A stretch of 54,545 nucleotides of DNA, taken from a virus (taxonomy: Duplodnaviria; Caudoviricetes). The stretch lies in the IMG/VR virus record IMGVR_UViG_3300014508_000071, positions 1 to 54,545 of that record. One strand, 5' to 3'. Below, piece by piece: positions 54,314-54,545 of the stretch; the stretch's first letter is position 1, and the number at the start of each line of letters is the position of its first letter. Position numbers and translations under genes: made by a program. The notes beneath the pieces are model-generated. The model saw only the letters and a program-made list of their open reading frames with translations, was not told the origin of the DNA and ran no database searches.

Positions 54314-54545
54314 TTAGCTCAATCCAGATATTGTTACATTCTGAATATCATTAGACTGCATGTTATTAAATACTAGCTTAGTCCAAGTTGTTTCTGTTGG
54401 TTCTACTTGGTTTCTAATACCATTACTAAAGCTATCATTAGTACCATCACCCATCAACCAAACCTGCGTAGCTGTGTAAGCTGAGTTATCATTCAATTGG
54501 AAGTTAGTGTATAAATTCCCTGAGTGAGGTCTTCTATAAGAATTA
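54314..54545 (-). CDS. C-terminal part of a probable structural protein entering from the right edge
   Basis: open frame ...TQVWLMGDGTNDSFSNGIRNQV...TISGLS*, S/T/N-rich. Confidence 0.5.
   Translation of the reverse strand, partial: NSYRRPHSGNLYTNFQLNDNSAYTATQVWLMGDGTNDSFSNGIRNQVEPTETTWTKLVFNNMQSNDIQNVTISGLS

Noticed and set aside
1-54545. Alternative genetic code (stop reassignment to Gln), suggested by the Gln tRNAs
   Set aside because: Anticodons are CTG and TTG, not CTA or TTA; conserved genes are full length in code 11; TAA, TAG and TGA all end genes.
1-54545. Cellular bacterial chromosome origin
   Set aside because: Housekeeping homologs are scattered singly among short orphan ORFs and homing endonucleases, with no normal operons or rRNA. 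A large phage fits better, though no complete capsid or portal gene is in this window to prove it.

Overview
AT-rich, gene-dense 54.5 kb segment that reads as part of a large (jumbo/huge) phage infecting a Bacteroidota, probably Flavobacteriales, host. Support: short, mostly minus-strand ORFs; free-standing homing endonucleases; capsid-like and terminase-like fragments; repeated Bacteroidota TAnnTTTG promoters; a T9SS-sorted protein. It carries many host-like translation, proteostasis and metabolic genes (smpB, rnr, two ClpP, DnaJ, sigma-70, glnS, YqeY, tRNA-binding OB fold, coaD, CoaB-like fusion, rfbA, IMPDH/GMPR, nicotinamidase, NADAR). Three things the ORF track misses stand out. (1) A classical-looking ribosome-mediated attenuator: a 28-codon leader with six tandem Gln codons, protector/antiterminator/terminator pairings, directly upstream of three tRNA-Gln genes and a glutaminyl-tRNA synthetase. 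(2) A circularly permuted, two-piece tmRNA with a long 25-aa tag, in the same window as SmpB, RNase R and ClpP. (3) A homing-endonuclease insertion that duplicates and recodes the first codons of a DEDDh exonuclease gene. All calls come from reading motifs by eye; no database searches or folding programs were run.
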